From an uncultured archaeon (GTDB lineage: Archaea > Asgardarchaeota > Thorarchaeia > Thorarchaeales > CAZPUN01): 17,860 nt of DNA. The position numbers and the translations under genes are program-made. The stretch spans positions 1 to 17,860 of the forward strand of contig CAZPUN010000034.1 in NCBI GenBank assembly GCA_964589775.1. Direction: 5' to 3'. The notes beneath the pieces are model-generated. The model had not been told where the DNA came from. It ran no database searches and saw only the letters and a program-made list of their open reading frames with translations. Below are positions 15,919 to 17,860 of the stretch, piece after piece (the stretch's first letter is position 1; each line of letters begins with the position of its first letter).

Positions 15919-16288
15919 TACTTATTCCCCAAAAATTTTGATATTCTATTTTATATGGTTATTTTGCGATATAAGAGTTTTCAAATCATATATCTAAAAT
16001 TAAAATAAGTAATTGATATTCGACTTTCCTTTACATTTTTTCATAGACCCATTAACTTATAAAATAATTAGCGTGCGGCATAAAATAACATTTGGGTTTA
16101 TATATAGATGTTCCGATAACATCACTTTGGAAATTGTGATATCCCCTAAAAATTAATAAAAGTGTAGGCACATATCGTATGTTAAAACAATTTAAAGATT
16201 TGGTTGAAATAGTCCGCAAGGATCGTGAATTGAAAGAATAAAGTAAAAAATGATATAAAAGTGCCCCTTAAGAGGTGTAGTCCCTATA

Positions 16289-16588
16289 TTGAATAAATCA
16301 GAGATGAAATTAGAATTGAATGATCCATTTGATGTAATGCTATTAGTCTCCCCCAATTGTAAATGGTGCAAGTTAACAGAGCACGTATTGTTAGATGCTG
16401 CAAGTAAGAATGGTATTTCACTGAATTTGCAAAAAGTTGATATTACAAAAAATCCGGAATTTGCCGAACGATACAATATATTGTCCACACCTTCTTTGAT
16501 ACTATATGATAAAACGACTATTGTTGGTGCTCTTCCTGAAGATGCTGCAAAAGAAGTTATTGAACGATTAAAAATCTACAAAAATTAA
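16289..16588 (+). CDS. Thioredoxin/glutaredoxin-like protein
   Basis: SPNCKWCK (CxxC) and VDITKNPEFAERYNILSTPSL (cis-Pro motif). SD GAGGTG upstream. Start may instead be ATG 16304. Confidence 0.88.
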   Translation: MNKSEMKLELNDPFDVMLLVSPNCKWCKLTEHVLLDAASKNGISLNLQKVDITKNPEFAERYNILSTPSLILYDKTTIVGALPEDAAKEVIERLKIYKN

Positions 16589-16633
16589 TAATGTTTTTAT
16601 GCTTTTTTTCCTATTTCAATTGGGGTATAGTAT

Positions 16634-17677
16634 ATGAGTGCCATAAAGTTAAAGCTAATGCCGTATGATATGGGCTTAAAAATTGGTAGTACGTTTAAAA
16701 ATGAAATTACCTATTTAGCTTCATTATCTAAACCGTCAGTTGTCCATAGACTTATTAATAGATTCAAATCAATATCCAAGGAAGGCGAATATCTGAAATT
16801 CATATCCCGACTCGATGGTGATTTGTTTTCTTTTCTCAAGGGTATGGCGGTTGGTTCTAATGTTGCTGTGGAATCTATAATCCGATTAAATTTATCAGGC
16901 ACTCAATTCTTAAATGCCACCGGACTGGGTATTATTATACCCAATGAATTCTCTAATTCAGATGGTCCATTAATTGGACAAAATCTTGATGTTTCTTCAG
17001 ATCTTCCGAAGCCCATTGCTCCTGTCAGATATTATTTTATGAACAATCGTGAAGCTGCTGGGGCTCAAGTAAGTTTCTATCCCGGACTGTGTTCTGCAAT
17101 CTTCATTGAAAAGTTTGCAATTGCTTTAATTCCATTTCCAACACGGATAAAGTTTCATGGTTTAGATCCTTTTCATCTAACTCTTAGAGTCGTATTACAT
17201 GCTAAAAGCTTAGAGCAGGCAATAAAAATCATTCAAGAAACGCCAAAGGCAGGCGCTCAAATTCATATGCTTGTAGATATGGAAAATAATGCAAAAATTA
17301 TTGAATCATCTCCTGATTCTATTAAAATAAAAGACGTTTCCAAGATGACTGTTGTTGGTGCATATCCCGAATCTCCTGAAATCAAGAAATGGTATGTAGG
17401 CGATATCGAACAGTTAGAACTTGAGAAGCAAAAAGTCTCAGCTGTTCAAGCGATAATCGATAGTAATGAACTGCTTGGACCCGGAGGCCTTTATGATATT
17501 TTAACCCTTACAAAATCGTTGGGAAATGAGGGAAAAGTAGATCTCGGTGCAATATGTAAAGCTGGAGGCGAAAAAACTACCGTATTCTCTTCTGTTTTTG
17601 AAGTTGCTGAAAAAATGTGGCTGTTTAACAAAGCTCCGTGTTCTTCAGATTATGAGCGTATATGGCTTGAATTATAA
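16634..17677 (+). CDS. Peptidase C45/AAT-like Ntn-hydrolase homolog lacking the catalytic Cys
   Basis: Pro-region YDMGLKIG...LKGMAVGSNV...IIRLN. Core ATGLGII...DGPLIGQNLD, LRVVLHAKSLEQAI, HMLVD...IIE and TTVFSSVFE. Confidence 0.7.
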   Translation: MSAIKLKLMPYDMGLKIGSTFKNEITYLASLSKPSVVHRLINRFKSISKEGEYLKFISRLDGDLFSFLKGMAVGSNVAVESIIRLNLSGTQFLNATGLGIIIPNEFSNSDGPLIGQNLDVSSDLPKPIAPVRYYFMNNREAAGAQVSFYPGLCSAIFIEKFAIALIPFPTRIKFHGLDPFHLTLRVVLHAKSLEQAIKIIQETPKAGAQIHMLVDMENNAKIIESSPDSIKIKDVSKMTVVGAYPESPEIKKWYVGDIEQLELEKQKVSAVQAIIDSNELLGPGGLYDILTLTKSLGNEGKVDLGAICKAGGEKTTVFSSVFEVAEKMWLFNKAPCSSDYERIWLEL

Positions 17678-17788
17678 CTTCAATTTTTTTACTATTTGCT
17701 TCTTTATTGAATTTTGTAAACGATTTACAAAATTGCTATGGCATAGTCACGTATTGCAAAACGTTATGTTTTATGTGTGAGGCATATT

Positions 17789-17860
17789 TTAACCACCACT
17801 TACAAAAGGCATCAATGATACAACGTCCCCATCAGACAATTTGATCTTGTTGAGCGCTTT
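17789..17860 (-). CDS. 3' end of a MoaD/ThiS/SAMP ubiquitin-like protein (5'-truncated by the window edge)
   Basis: Hand translation gives ...KALNKIKLSDGDVVSLMPFVSGG*, matching the L-x-DGD-x-V-x3-P-x-V-S-GG C-terminal signature. Confidence 0.9.
   Translation of the reverse strand, partial: KALNKIKLSDGDVVSLMPFVSGG

Noticed and set aside
1-17860. CRISPR array, transposase, integrase or viral hallmark genes
   Set aside because: No regularly spaced repeats and no mobile-element proteins recognised; the window looks like core chromosome.

Overview
AT-rich, gene-dense archaeal chromosomal segment. It has TATA/BRE promoters, GGTGA/GGAGG Shine-Dalgarno sites and oligo-T terminators. It is very likely from an Asgard archaeon (inference), because it encodes a profilin-like domain, an MIT-like domain, three longin-domain proteins and two Ras-superfamily GTPases. 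Ordinary metabolic genes: enoyl-CoA hydratase (5'-partial), ECF S-component, rubredoxin, two alpha/beta hydrolases, dCMP deaminase, adenine deaminase, a thioredoxin-like protein, a C45-like protein and the 3' end of a MoaD/SAMP. Three real genes are missing from the ORF track: rubredoxin, a 40-aa four-Cys protein and the MoaD/SAMP tail. Highlights: (1) a stand-alone minus-strand ncRNA unit at about 10315-10540 closed by a canonical bulge-helix-bulge, predicting a 151-nt excised, probably circular RNA; (2) an MIT-profilin fusion protein; (3) an NPRL2-like longin/tandem-wHTH gene next to a longin-GTPase fusion, an RHH regulator and a Rab-like GTPase; (4) a dual-guide box C/D sRNA aimed at the peptidyl-transferase region of LSU rRNA. 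All family calls are by-eye motif recognition; no database search was run.
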